Part shown: piece by piece, positions 1-13,606 of the stretch
How positions within the stretch are numbered: position 1 is the first letter of the stretch
Layout: each line of letters begins with the position of its first letter
Assembly (NCBI GenBank): GCA_951406725.2
Contig: OX597833.1
Location: forward strand, 22,134,001-22,198,000
DNA from: Octopus vulgaris
Taxonomy: Eukaryota
Reading direction: 5' to 3'
Length of the DNA stretch: 64,000 bases
Notes under the pieces: model-generated
What the model was told of the DNA's origin: nothing
The model's database searches: none
The model's input: the letters and a program-made list of their open reading frames with translations, nothing else
Translations under genes and position numbers: made by a program

Positions 1-129
1 CAAAGTTGACCACAGTGGAATTTGAACTCAGAACATAACGGCAGATGAAACACTGCTATGCATTTCGCTCGGTGTGCTAATGTTTCTGCCAGCTTGCCAC
101 CTTGACCTTTTGTTCTTGACTAGTTCTGT

Positions 130-935
130 AGCATGTCAGATGGCAGCACATGGTTGCATGTGCAGGGAGAACTGGCATTGATCTTCATGAGGCAGTGTGC
201 TGAGTGACATCACTGTGTTTACTTCACAAGTTGGGAAATTTGTGTTTTGGTGATCATGTGCATGCTGTAGTCTACGATTTTTGTCATGGACAAGAAGTTG
301 AGACAAAGAACTAACATGGGATTTTGCATTAAACTTTGGAAGTCTGCTACAGAGACATTGAGCATGTTTTGGCAAGCTTACAGCGACAAGACAATGGGTC
401 ATACAAAATGTGCTGAGTGGCACAGACGTTTCAAGAGCAGAAGAACGTCCATGGAAGACAATGAATGATCTGGAAGACCTGCCGCAAGCATCACTCTTGG
501 AAATGTGAAGAATTCATCTCCCAGGGCCAGACCATCAATCAAGAGTTCTACTGCGACATTTTGAAGTGTTTGAGGAAGGACATTCGGTAAAAGCAACAGA
601 ATCTGTGGAGCATGAAGAATTGAATTCTTTGTGATGATAATGCGCCCTGTCATTGAGCTCTCTTCACTCATAAGTTTCTCACCAAAAACATCCTATCGCT
701 TCTGCACCCATCCTATTCACCAGATTTGGCACCAACAGACTTCCATCTCTTCTCCAAGATGAAAATGCAGCTCAAAGGTCGCCATTTTAACACTGTTGTT
801 GAGATCCAGAGTGAATCAAAGAAGGTCCTTTATTGGCTTATGGAAAATGACTTCCAGGTTAGATTTTAAAAGTAGCATGAATGTTGGGACTGGTGTATTA
901 CTGTGCAAGGTGAATATTTCAAAGGAGAACTGCGA
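130..935 (+). mobile_element. Mariner transposase relic, internally deleted, with stops and frameshifts
   Basis: ORF 286-468 (FCIKLWKSATETLSM...EWHRRFKSRRTSMEDNE*SGRP) is a mariner N-terminal HTH region. It jumps to EFISQGQTINQEFY and later HPSYSPDLAPTDFHLFSKMKMQLKG (YSPDLAP.D motif). Confidence 0.9.
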
Positions 936-1004
936 AGACCTGACAAATAAAGAGAATTCATGGCTATATTCTACACCAGTTTTGCATAACCAGCCCCAGC
1001 CCAT

Positions 1005-1432
1005 TCAAAAGTACCTTGGATCGTAGGGCGACCTGCTGTGCTTGAGGAGACCTATTGAGTCAAGTACATCAACATCAAAATAAAATTCAAATGGAAATTG
1101 TAGTTGTGATACCCATGCCAGTGGCACGTAAAAAGCACCATCCAAACGTGGCCGATGCCAGCGTTGCCTAAACTGGCTTCCATGCCAGTGACACGTAAGA
1201 AGCACCAACCAATCGTGGCCGTTGCCAGCCACCTCTGGCCCCTGTGCTGGTGGCACGTAAAAAGCCCCCACTACACTCACGTAGTGGTTGGCATTAGGAA
1301 GGGCATCCAACTGTAGAAACACTGCCAGATCAGACTGGAGCAGCCTCTTGGCTTCCCAGACCCCGGTCAAACCATCTAATACATGCTGGCATGGAAAATG
1401 GACATTAAACGATGATGATGATGATGATGATG
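1005..1432 (+). mobile_element. RTE-LINE 3'-end-derived short repeat (family D) with (GAT)n tail
   Basis: aaaagcccccactacactc...ggcattaggaagggcatcca...catgctggcatggaaaatggacattaaacgatgatgat. The same sequence forms the 3' end of the RTE LINE at 25140-25350. Other copies lie near 11400-12060(-), 16210-16385(-), 28530-28670, 32730-33000, 44100-44420, 50000-50180(-). Confidence 0.8.
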
Positions 1433-1849
1433 TTAAAATTTAGGTAAATAAGTTATTTTTTATCAAACATAACTAGTTCAGGAACTTTTTGATACCATCT
1501 CTTGTGTGTGTGTGTGTATATGTATGTATGTATGTATACGATGTGCTTTCAGTTTCTGTCTATCAAATCCATTTGCAAGGCTTTGATGTCATCCAAAGGT
1601 TATAGTAAAAGACACTTGCCCAAAGTGTGCCACGCAGTGGGACTGAACCCAAGACCACATGGCTGGGACGCAAACTTCTTAACCACACAGCCAGGCCTGT
1701 GATAGTGGGTTTATAAGCAGTGTGAGAAGATAATGAAGGTACTTATTCACTGATGAAGTCTTACTGTAGAATTGAAACTACTCCTCCCCCCTCTCTCTTT
1801 TTCTGTTCACAAAGATAAACACAGACAGGTATTTACATCTGTCTTCACA

Positions 1850-1926
1850 TAACAGCAGCCACCACAGCTGTAATCATCATCATTATTACCATTGGCAGCA
1901 GCAGCAGCAGCAGCAGCAACACTATT

Positions 1927-1961
<35 letters not shown>

Positions 1962-2128
1962 TGTTGGTGGCAGCAACATCATTACCACTGCTGCCACCAC
2001 CACCATCACCATCGTCATCATCCTCATTCTCCTCCTTCTCATCTTCATCGTCTTCATCGTCATCATCATCATCATCTTCACAGTCATAGTTTTCATCATC
2101 ACCATCATCATCATCATGATGCAGCAGT
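1850..2128. repeat. (CAT)/(CAG)/(CAC) trinucleotide low-complexity tract
   Basis: Direct reading; it produces the poly-M and poly-S pseudo-ORFs. Confidence 0.95.
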
Positions 2129-3559
2129 TATTTATTGAGCACACCATTGTCTGAATGTCATGTTATTGTTATCTGGAACAAATTAGTCTACTGAAGTGGA
2201 GAAGCCCACTCTTCTTCTTCAACCCACACCAACAAAAGGTGTTTGGTCTTAATGCTGCAATAGGACAAACCACTTTTTAATATTATGGGGGTACTTCTAC
2301 ATGGTCACTCAAACTGCTAGAAATGGCAGCCAAATCTCCCACAAATCACTCTATTGTCTTAAATAAAGAAGAACACATTAGACAACATTGTCCTTGATAC
2401 ACAAGTAAACAGAATCATCAAAGCTGGAATGTATTTCAATGACGGTAGGTTGTTTCTATCCTGAAGTGGCTATTTATAGCTTGGTAGACAGGTATAACTA
2501 CTATGTTGTTTACATTGATCATGGACAGTGGCAAAATTCAAACCCTCAACCTCTTAAATGGTTTGCTTGTTACCCTATTAGTTTAGCCATCTCATTACGT
2601 ATCATATTTATAAGGCAGTAAGCTGGCAGAATCATTAGCAAGCGAGGTAAAATGCTTAGTGGTATTTCGTCTGTCTTTATGTTCTGAGTTCAAATTCTGC
2701 TGCGGTTGACTTATCCTTTCATCCTTTTCAAGTTGATAAAATAAGTAGCAGTTGAGCTATTGTAATTGACTTTGCCCCATTCCCTGAACTTAGGGTTAGG
2801 ATGTTGAACTAATCATAAGATTGTGGTTTCAATTCCTGGACTGGGTGACACATTGTGTTCTTGAGCAAAACACTTCACTTCGTGTTGCTCCAGTCCACAC
2901 AGCTGGCAAAAATGAGTAATTCTGTGATGGACTGGCGTCCTATCCAGGTGGGGAATTTATATGCCATGAAACCGGGAAAAGGGTCCTTATCAGTTGGTAT
3001 GACTCAAAAAGGTAACTTTACTTGAACTTGCTGGCCTTGTGCTAAAATTTGAAACTATTATGTACCATATTTGACAGCAGCTCATCAGCCATAAAAGACT
3101 ATAATTCACACTTCAATTTTGGCAAACGCTTTACTGAAATAAATAAGGGTTTCAAATATTGGTACAAGGCCAGCAATTTTGAAGGGAGGAATTTAGCCAA
3201 CACCATCAGCCCCAATGGTAGTTTATTTGATCACCCTTCAAGGTGTAAAAGGCAAAGTCGACTTAGGCACAATTTGAACTCAGAGCAAAAAGAGCTGGAA
3301 TAAATATCTTTCTAATTTTTGGTACAAGGCCAACAATTCTGAGGGGAAGGGCAAGTCGATTACATTGACCCCAGAGCTCAACTGGTACTTATTTTATTGA
3401 TCCCAAAAGGATGAAAAGCAAATTTGACCTTAGTAGGATTTGAACTCAGAATGTAGAGAGCCAGAATTATTGAAAGGCTGAACTTAGAATGTAAAGAATT
3501 GGAAAAAATACTGCAAAGCATTTTTCTCTCACACTCTAACAATTCTGCCATCTCACTAT

Positions 3560-3979
3560 CTTACTCTTTTACACTTTTACTTGTTTCAGTCATTTGACTG
3601 TGGCCATGCTGGAGCACCGCCTTTTAGTCAAGCAAATCGACCCCAGGACTTATTCTTTGTAAGCCTAGTACTTAGTCTATCGGTCCCTTTTGCCGAACCG
3701 CTAAGTTATGGGGACATAAACACACCAACATCGGTTGTCAAGCGATGTTGGGGGGATAAACAGACACACAAACATATACCCACACATACATATATATATA
3801 CATATAAATATATACAATAGGTTTCTTTCAGCTTCCATCAACCAAATCCACTCACAAGGCTTTGGTCGGCCCATGGCTATATTAGAAGACATTTGCCCAA
3901 GATACCACATAGTGGGACTGAACCCAGAACAATGTGGTTGGTAAGAAAGCTGCTTACCACACAGCCACTCCTGCGCCTA
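3560..3979 (-). mobile_element. Full-length tRNA-derived SINE, family A
   Basis: Minus-strand head ggcgcaggagtggctgtgtggtaag...gggttcagtccc (A/B-box-like), internal TA/TG microsatellite, tail gctccagcatggccacagtcaaatgactgaaacaagtaaaag. More than 20 full or partial copies occur in the window. Confidence 0.9.
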
Positions 3980-4429
3980 TCTTAGTTTAAAGTCCAAGAT
4001 AATCATGAACTTAAAGTGGTTTTATAGAACAACTAGAACTTTTATTGCTCATTATTATATTAATGTGGTGCTTTGCATGCATCTTAAAAAATTCTTACAT
4101 AAATCTGTTTCAGAATTTATATCTTGAAACTCCTCTACTTACAGACAGGTAATATCTTAGATTTAAAGTTATATAAATATCTCTGTACAGAATGTGTTAT
4201 TAACCAATGTTATATTCTATTATATTATTTAGGTTACTAAATATCCATTATAGTATTTATGGCACTGGTGCAAGATACCAAGTTTGGTACATAACTGTCA
4301 CTTGGTTTATTTATATGGATGCTCAAGCATTGTTGCCTAATTTTCTTCCTTGCTGGCTTTCTTCATCATCGTCATTGTTGCCACTACCATCATCATCATC
4401 ACCATCATCATCATTATTTTCTCTTGGAA

Positions 4430-4737
4430 CTCAGTTGGTTACAACAACGCGGGTTCCAGTTAATCCAATCAATGAAACAACCTGCTCATGAAATTAACGT
4501 GCAAGTGGCTGAGCACTTCACAGACACATGTACCCTTGACATAGATCTCAGGGAGATTCAGCGTGACGCAGAGTCCAACAAGGCTGACCCTTTGAATTGC
4601 AGGTACTACTCATTTTAACCAGCTGAGTGGACTGGAGCAACTGGAAATAAAGTGTCTTGCTCAGGGTCATGATGCACCACAGGGAATTGAACTCATGATC
4701 TTATGACCATAAGCCAAATACCCTAACCACTATGCCA
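4430..4737 (-). mobile_element. tRNA-derived SINE, family C
   Basis: Head gtggcatagtggttagggtatttggc...gagttcaattccc followed by a ctgagcaagacactttatttc core. Homologous copies at about 2790-3020, 19125-19430, 20897-21212 and 33830-34130. Confidence 0.8.
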
Positions 4738-5637
4738 CACACACACACACACACAAATACAATAGGTTTCTTTCAGTTTCCACCAACCAAATCCACTCAG
4801 AAGGCTTTGGTTGACATAGGGCTATAATAGAAGATGCTTGGGCAAGGTTCCATTACTGGGACTGAACCTGGAACCATGTGGTTGGAAAGCAAACTTCTTG
4901 ACCATACAGCTATGTATAAACGATATTAATTCTGTTTAGACAGAAAAAGTAAAAAAATAGGCACAACAATAAGGGAATCTCTATGTGGTCACTCAATTTG
5001 CAAGAAATAACAGCTAAAAATCTTCGTCAAATCACAACCCTACTGTCTTATAAATAAATGAAGAACACCTCGGAATAACATAGTCTTTTGATAGCATAAA
5101 GATGGGATGGTCATGACTGGATCACCTTTAATCATAGATTCTGCTCTGCTTGTCCAGGATTGTTTTGTGAGGCTAAACGACGGAAATAATAGCCACAACA
5201 ATCAGCAAATAAGGGAGCTCTGGATAGTTGCTCAGCATGCTAGAAACAGCAGTCAAATCTCCCTCAAACGCATACATACACACATTATATTAAAGATAAA
5301 ATAGACAATGTAGCTTTTGATAAACAAAATGGCAGGTTCATCATGAGTGGAAACCCTTTAAATCATAGGTTCACTTGACCAGAGTTGACTTTGGGCTAAG
5401 CAACAACACCAGCAACAGCAACAAGAACAGCATGGACCATTCCTTTTTTTAATTTAAAAAAAAATTTTTCTAATTGACATTAGGATCTAGTGTCTGGGGA
5501 GAGTCATTTTCTTTTTGTGCCTTATAATTTAACACACACACTGGTAAAATTTCCACTTATTTCTTATTTTTATTTTCCTAAAATTTTCATTGCATCTTGC
5601 AACGTTTTCAATAGTCTTGACTCTACATTATCCAATA

Positions 5638-6029
5638 CTAGCAATATCGCCCTGTGTTGCTTGGGTTTGTTTCGACCCTTTAGAATTGGAATTTTTGAAA
5701 AGTAAAAATTTTGCATTATGTAGCTTGTTATTCGCTTTAAGTGAACATTTTTCTGGTTGAAATACACGGTAAAATGGTGACACAACAGTAAAAAAATCGT
5801 AAAAAATAGGGATTTTCATAGAAAAAATGCACCTTTTTGATGTAAATAATTTTTGGTGCTAACATGGTCCGATTTGAATTTTTTCTTCTACAGTAGAAAG
5901 AGCAAGCATTCTTCTATCATACTCTCAATTTTGGACAACTTGCGCCGCAGGGTCTCGGAGGAGATAGTGTTAGTTGAAGGCTACCAAACCTGCCATACAC
6001 AGACAACTTCAGCTTTATACATAGAGAGA
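5638..6029 (-). mobile_element. Non-autonomous Helitron
   Basis: On the minus strand it starts A|TCtctatgtataaagc and ends ...cccaagcaacacagggcgatattgCTAG|T. This gives 5' TC, 3' CTAG, a subterminal GC-rich hairpin relic and insertion between A and T with no TSD. Confidence 0.8.
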
Positions 6030-7839
6030 TATTTTGTATTTAATTTGGTGAAAGCATGATTTGAGAAAGATTTAGTTGCTATGCTTGCTATTTCTAGCAG
6101 ATCGAATAACCATATAGAGGTTTCCTCATTGGCACAGTCATACTTAGCTGTATAAGAAATCTATTGTTTTTCTTGTTGTTTTTGTTGAAGTTGTTGTTGC
6201 TGTTGTTGTTTGTCAGATTATTTTGCAATGGAGAAAAACTTGGTTAGCTTCTTCTAGTGTTATCCTTAGAGATTAAAACCAGCAACTGATTCACCACTGT
6301 GCAGTAAGCGTTGATGGCTGCACTTAGCAGACAGGCATCATCTGTGCAGATGATGACGTCAAGATAATTATTGACATCGTGTAGGTTCAGCTGAGAATGG
6401 TATCGTCCAATGGTAAAGAAGTACTTCAAAACACTTCACCAATCACAGCTGCTGCTGTCTTTTACAAACAATGAATGCTATAGGAAAAACAAAAAAAACA
6501 CAGAACAAAACAAAAAAAAACAGGTAATGAACAATAAAAAAAACAAAAATTAGGCATAGCTGTGTGGTTATGAAATTTGCTTCACAACTATGTAGTTTTC
6601 GGTTCAGTCCTACTGCTTGGCACCTTGAGCAAGAGTCTTCCCCTAAAGCCTCAGGCTGATAATGACCTGTGAGTGAAATTTAGGGACAGGAATTGTACAG
6701 AAGCTTGTTGTGTGTGTGTGCTCTTCTAAATGGGTTGGGGGACTATGTCTTGCTTGTACATTCCATTCTGGCTTGGTTTCCACAGCTTGATGCTCTACCT
6801 ATTATCAACTGCCTTACTGAGTGTACAGGGTATATATTATGTGGCATTAGTACTAAGGAGGTTGTTGTGTCCTCAACAAGACCAAAGTGCTTTCTTGATC
6901 TGCTCTGTGTCTGCTTGATTTGCCATCAGGGACAAAGATATGTAAACACAATGATGTAATACTCTTTACTCTTTTACTTGTTTCAGTCATTTGACTGCAG
7001 CCATGCTGGAGCACTGCCTTTAGTCAAGCAAAATCGACCCCAACCAATGGTGGGCATACAAACACAGACACACAAACATATACATATATATACATATATA
7101 TATATGTGTGTGTGTATCAGTTTCCGTCTGTCAAATCCACTCACAAGGCTTTGGTCGGCCTGAGGCTATAATAGAAGACACTTGCCGAAGGTGCCACACA
7201 GTGGGACTGAACCCAGTACCATGTGGTTGGGAAGCAAGCTTCTTATCACACAGCCAGCCACTCATTTTATGTTCAAATCATCTAGATCTGGCCTCTCACA
7301 CCTATGCTACAAAGTTATTCTAAAAATACCAATCACATCACTGAAGTCTTGAAGCGATGAGATAATTCATGATTAATTCAAGACAATTTGAATAAATAAG
7401 TATTACATTCAACAGAGTAATCTGAAAGATAAAGGGTTAAAGTTATCAGCTATTATATATATATATATGTTATATAAATCTGTCATTACGTATAAGCTAT
7501 CATTACAAATTGGCAGTCATTACATAAAGACCATCATTACATAAAGTCTATCATTACATACAGACTGTCTTTTCAGCTTTTACTATTTATCTTTTTCTCC
7601 TTACTTGTTTCAGTTGCAGCCATGCTGGAGCACTACCTTGAAGGGTTTTAGTTGAACAAATTAATCATAGTATTTATTTTTTAAAGTTGGGTACATATTC
7701 TATTGATCTCTTTTGCCAAAGCACTAAGTAACAGGGTTGTAAACAAACCAACACCAGTTGTAAAGTGGTGACTGAGCATGCACACACACACACACACACA
7801 CATACATTAACATATATGACAGACTTCCACGCAGTTTCT

Positions 7840-8060
7840 TATTTCTTTATTGCCCACAAGGGGCTAAACAAAGAGGGGACAAACAAGGACAGACAAAAGG
7901 ATTAAGTCTATTACATTCACCCCAGTGTGTAACTGGTACTTAATTTATCAATCCTGAAAGGATGAAAGGCAAAGTCAACTTCGGCGGAATTTGAACTCAG
8001 AACAGATGAAATACCGCTAAGCATTTCGTCTGGCGTGCTAACATTTCTGCCAGATCACTG
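7840..8060 (-). mobile_element. SINE family B (Nin/Deu-domain-like core) nested in a family A SINE
   Basis: Core gactttgcctttcatcctttc..gataaattaagtaccag; flanked by a 10-bp duplication cgcagtttct / cacagtttct. Confidence 0.85.
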
Positions 8061-9368
8061 CACAGTTTCTGTCTACCAAATTCACGCATAACCCATTGGT
8101 CAGTCTGAAGCTATAGTAGAAGACACTTGCCCAAGGTGCTCTGCAGTGAGACTGAACCTAAAACCACATGGTTGCAAAAAGAGCTTATTAACCACACAAC
8201 TGTGACTGTCCCTGTTCCATGTGGCATGTTATAACATAAAGACAATTGTTACATAATGATTGTGGCTACATAGTCTGTTATAATTATATTGTCATTGTGT
8301 AAATACTATCATTACATATAGACTGCCATTAGAAGAAGATATCAATATAAGTGTATTGAGTAAACACAGCTGTCACATATCTACTTAAATTACATATGAC
8401 ACAAGGATTTAAATAATTATTATTTGTTCTACAGGGACATGCACAACAGCAACTAGCATATTTTGTGTTTGAACTTGTTGGAATGTATCAAAAATAAATA
8501 GGCAAATCTTTGTTTCAGATCACTGTACACAGTGCAAATAGTAATTTTTTTATTGGTTGTCAGATATAAGCACTGATCAGCAAACAGTTTGTTCACTGAA
8601 ATTATAAACAAATTCTGTAGCTCAAAAAGCCTGATTACTTATTGTTGATAAGACATGATATGTCAAAACACCAGTGTCTCAGAATCCTTTGTGCCAATGA
8701 GCCAGGAGTGTTATGGTCATATTATTGTTATAAAACATAGAAGTTGTTCTCTAGTGACATACACAACAGCAACTCTCATATTTGTATTTGAATCTGTTGG
8801 AATGTATTACAAACAAATATGCAAATCATCATTTCAGATCTCAGTGTACACAGTGCAATTAATGAATTTTTTATATTACGTATACTCTGTTATTACAAAT
8901 AGACTGTAATTATATATATATCTTTATATAAAAACTGACATTGCATACAGGATATCATGCTTATCAATATATGTATAGTCTGTCTCGGGTCTAAAAAACA
9001 AGATCGATGAGTCAACAAGACAGCCTTTATGCATCACTTGATCTGCTAAAAATAACAGCTAAATATTTCTGTCACCTACTAATCAATTTTGAAAAGAAAG
9101 CACTCGTTGAGCTATATAGTCTTTTGTTAGAAATAAAAGATGATGGTCACAAGTGGAATGCCTTTCATCGTAGGTTTGTTAAAAGAAGGCTTTCTCAAAA
9201 ATAAAACAGAATGGTCATGGTTTGATTGCACTTGATTTTGTCTGCTCAAACAAGGCCAGAGTAATGCTAAACAACTTACTCTATCAGTCCCTTACTGAAT
9301 TGCTGAGTTACAGGGATGTTAACAGACCAACACCGATTGTCAAGGGGTGTGGGGGATAAACACACGAC

Positions 9369-9399
<31 letters not shown>

Positions 9400-10568
9400 T
9401 GGGCTTCAACACAGTTTCTGTCCAGCAAATTTACTGATAAGAAGTTGCTCTGGGGCTATAGTAGAAGACACTTGTCCAAAGTGCCATGCATTGAGATTGA
9501 ACCCAAAACATGTGTTTGCCAAGCAAGCTTCTTAATGACATAGCCATGCCATGATATGATAAAGTATGTAAACAAGATAGCAAGAAGCAAAAAGGCTACT
9601 AAAAACAGAGTTAATGAATAACAAAAAAATCAAAGCCAAGAACACTTAAATCATTGCGACGGTCTTCTATTGGTCTTCATCAGATCACAGATATTATGAT
9701 CAACTTGATTAGCCATTATTGTATGATATTTTCACAAAGATTCTATTCATAAGTTGTTGATTAAGTTGGGAAATTTACCTCAAAACACACTAGGGAAACA
9801 TAACTGACTGTAATGTAAATAAATATAAATGACAAATAGATTTTGTCAAAACTAGTTTTGGTTACAACTAATGCTGCCCTTAATATGGTAAGCCAAAATG
9901 TAAGGTCTGTGAAGCAATTTATAGCTGGTGGTCATTCCCTTGTTTCTTTCTGTTGTATAGGGGTGGCAAAAAAAAAAAATTCAGATTCACCATTCTTGAT
10001 AAACATGTAGCAGGAATATTGGCACAGTCCCAAGCACCAACATACTGCCTAGGAATTGAACCTAGATCATTGTATTCAGATGACATAAATATAACTAAAC
10101 ACCAAAACAAGAGACTGATGACACTAGCAAACAACTAGTCATTCCTTAAGAACTTTTTTCTATGAGTAGCTGAGCTGACCAGCAAAAACACAATAGACCC
10201 AGCAGATGCTTACCTCATTTAGAATCCCAGTTTTTGTAAACAACCATTGGAAAATAAGCAATGTACTGAAATTTCATTAACAATTTTGTCTTTGGTGCCT
10301 CTATTTTTAAACAGACCACTGGCTATGTGTAGATAGTTTATATGGCAAATGATCTGCGATCATAACACAGCTAAGCCCAATGGCTGCTGGAACTTATCCC
10401 ACTCAATTTTGGCCACAGAGTGCATTGACTTCTTCACTCCACTGTCATTGCTTACACACATATCTTTCATGGACACACATGAACTGATTCACTTGGGGTA
10501 AATATTTGTTTTTCGATTGTCTGTTGCAACATCAACATTTGTTTGTTAACAATGATAAATATTTTGTA

Positions 10569-10780
10569 CTAGCACTATGACCCGGTGTTGCCAGGTCATA
10601 GTGCTAGTTGGTTTATCAATTTTTTTAATGGCTTTCTGGGGTGACTGGGGAAATGAAAAGATCTTCACGACCACCCTCACACAGTTTTGAAAGCCCATAG
10701 AAAATGCAAGCCTTTTATGTGAAAAACTATGGATTTGTATAAAGGACACACAGATATTTTGCTGTTTATAGATATAGAGA
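10569..10780 (-). mobile_element. Short non-autonomous Helitron
   Basis: Minus strand A|TCtctatatctataaacagc ... ctagcactatgacctggcaacaccgggtcatagtgCTAG|T, with a strong terminal hairpin and an A|T insertion site. Confidence 0.8.
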
Positions 10781-11467
10781 TTTACAACTTCACACAAACT
10801 TTTGTCCTTCAATCAACCAATCAAATTATTTCTTCTATTGTTTCTGTTTCAACCGCAAATGCACAGTGTGCAGCAGTTCAGATCATGATTGTAACTGGAA
10901 ATTGAAAAGTTGTCTTCGTGGGAGGTTTTTATGCCTGAATAACATAACAGAAAGCACTGTCTGTAAAGTAAGTTTCAAAGTTTTCAATGATGTGATGTAA
11001 GAAAAACAAACGATATGGTAGTTGCCAGGCCCTTGCATAAAACAGAATTTAATTTACTCTTGAATCTCTTTACAATGCTTTACTAGCATATAGTAATGTA
11101 TGGCAGTTGAGTTGTGGTTAAGTATTTGAATGGCTTGAAGGTTTTCTATGAAATGCATGAAGCATGATTTTCTCAGCTATGATTTTTTTCACTGCCATCG
11201 CTACTGCTATCATCATCATCATCATCAAAATTATTAGGACTCATAAGGGCCAGTTATTCAGTTTCCACAGCATATAAGTGACTGAGATCATGATACTCGC
11301 ACTGAACAGGATGCCAGTTTGTCACACGGTTATTCATTTACAGCCAAATGGACTGAACTAATGTGAAATGAAATGTTTTGCTCAAGAACACAACATCCTC
11401 CTCCTCATCATCATCATCATTTAACGTCCGCTTTCCATGCTAGCATGGGTTGGACGATTTGACTGAG

Positions 11468-11612
11468 GACTGGCGAACCAGATGGCTGCACCAGACTCTA
11501 ATCTGATCAAGCAGAGTATCTACAGGTGGATATGTATCATATGACTGGCGAACCAGATGGCTGCACCAGACTCTAATCTGATCAAGCAGAGTATCTACAG
11601 GTGGATATGTAT
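11468..11612. repeat. Perfect 70-bp tandem duplication (period 75) inside a family D repeat
   Basis: gactggcgaaccagatggctgcaccagactctaatctgatcaagcagagtatctacaggtggatatgtat occurs at 11468 and 11543. Confidence 0.95.
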
Positions 11613-12598
11613 ATATATACATATATATACATACATATATACATACATACATACATATATATATACAGACATATATACATACATATCATCATCGTTTAAT
11701 GTCCGCTTTCCATGCTAGTATGGGTTGGACAGTTTGACTGAAGACTGGCGAACCAGATGGCTGCACCAGGCTCCAATCTGATCTGGCAGAGTTTCTACAG
11801 CTGGATGCCCTTCCTAATGTCAACCACTTCAAGATTATAGTGGGTGCTTTTACGTGCCACCAGCACGAGGGCCAGTCACGTGGTACTGGCATTGGCCATG
11901 CTCAAATGGTGCTTTTTACGTGCCACCTGTACAGGAGCCAGTCTAGTGGCACTGGCAACGACCTCGCTTGAATATTTTTTCATATGCCACCGGCACAAGC
12001 GTCGGTAAGGCGGTGCTGGTAAAGATCATGTTCAAATGGTGCTTTTTACATGCCATCGGCACTACTTGACCAAGCATCAGAAAGTTGCTTCAACAGCAAT
12101 TGCACAACCTAGATAATGCTTGCACAACACCTCACAGATCATCCCCACCCTAGTGACATGATCCAGAGATAAGCCAAGGCAAGATATCCAATGCCAAGAT
12201 GGGTCACAGGTTCAGGAATGTGGAAGCATCTTGATTTCTATTTCAAGCAAAAGACCTCCAAACTATTCCCTGCCTTTTCCCAAATGTCTTGTTTTACCTC
12301 AGGATGACCCTCTCCTAAAGACATGCATTAACAAAAGCTAAAAAGTGCTTTGATCTCAGGGGTCTTCCAGCATGCCAGATACCACCCAGAATTTCTTTCA
12401 CTAGGTTAATTCGTCCTTTTGACTGGTCTTATTTTTAATTCCACAAGGTTTCTAGCAACCCTCCTCATCAGGCAAGATTGATGGATGGGGTGCTGGTTTA
12501 GTGACCAATGGCCTGACTATACAACAGGTTGAACTTGATTTAGTGATATCAGTAGTGTTCATGAGAGACCTCACAACTGAACTGACACATACATATAT

Positions 12599-12635
<37 letters not shown>

Positions 12636-12849
12636 TACACACACACACACACACACATACATACATACATACATACATACATACATACGTACATACATAC
12701 ATATATGTGATGGGCTTCTTTCAGTTTCTGTCTATAATCGACTTAATCCGTTTGTCTGTCCTTGTTTGTCCTCTCTGTGTTTAGCCCCTTGTGAGTAGTA
12801 AAGAAATAGATAATGTATATGTAGATATAAAATGACTTAAGTCGAAATA

Positions 12850-13320
12850 ACCATCATTTAAATGTATATAAATGTAATAATTAAAACCTAGGCTAGCTTA
12901 GGTTGTTTTTATGTCAGCTTATGAATTCAGTAAATTGTTAGGCAAGCCTAGGTTGCTTTTATATTAGAAAGAAATAATTTGAAATACTATACTGTTGAAG
13001 GCTGACATCGGTGTTACTCATTGAAGCTGGTGTAAGAGGAGGAGGAGGAGATTACACATTTGATGTCAATGGTTGGAGATTGTCAGCTGACTCCTGTTGT
13101 GATGGTGTAGATTGTTGTGCGAACTTGTCTAAAGTTCCTAGAATTGTCTTTTTCTTCTTCTCTTAAAGGATTAGGTAATAAGGTGCAATAGTACCTTAAC
13201 AACTCCACAGTATTTTTACAAAACATTGTGCATTGGGATCCATTTCCTCAAATAATAAAGCAAGACATCTATCTAAACGAGAAACAGCCTCTTGCATTTT
13301 CTTCAACATAAACCGATGAG
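12850..13320 (-). mobile_element. Tigger/pogo transposase C-terminal relic
   Basis: Minus-strand translation LALLFEEMDPNAQCFVKILWSC*GTIAPYYLIL*EKKKKTILGTLDKF matches the Tigger C-terminal pattern FExMDPNxERF...YxxIYxEKKKxTxQTTLDxF. Confidence 0.75.
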
Positions 13321-13606
13321 GCCCGAGGTTAATGATGCATACTGTATTTTAACATTAATTTTAATATGCTATACATGTGTCCATTGCTTTTTTTATTTAT
13401 TTCCTGGAGACGAATATGAATGTAACCAATCAATACAACCCGGAACTAACAGCACAGGATAGTATGAGCGTTATTGCTGTTTTTCCAGGTGATATAAATT
13501 AATACGGTATCTAATATTTATTTAATATTTTAGAAAGACTGACGTATCTTTGGAAATGATGTAAGTCAAAATGATTTAACCAGAGGAATTTGGGTATATA
13601 TATAAT

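Noticed and set aside
1790-1840. Possible plus-strand 14-nt micro-exon (aag|ataaacacagacag|gtattt)
   Set aside because: Weak donor, polypyrimidine tracts are ubiquitous here, and no supporting exon chain.
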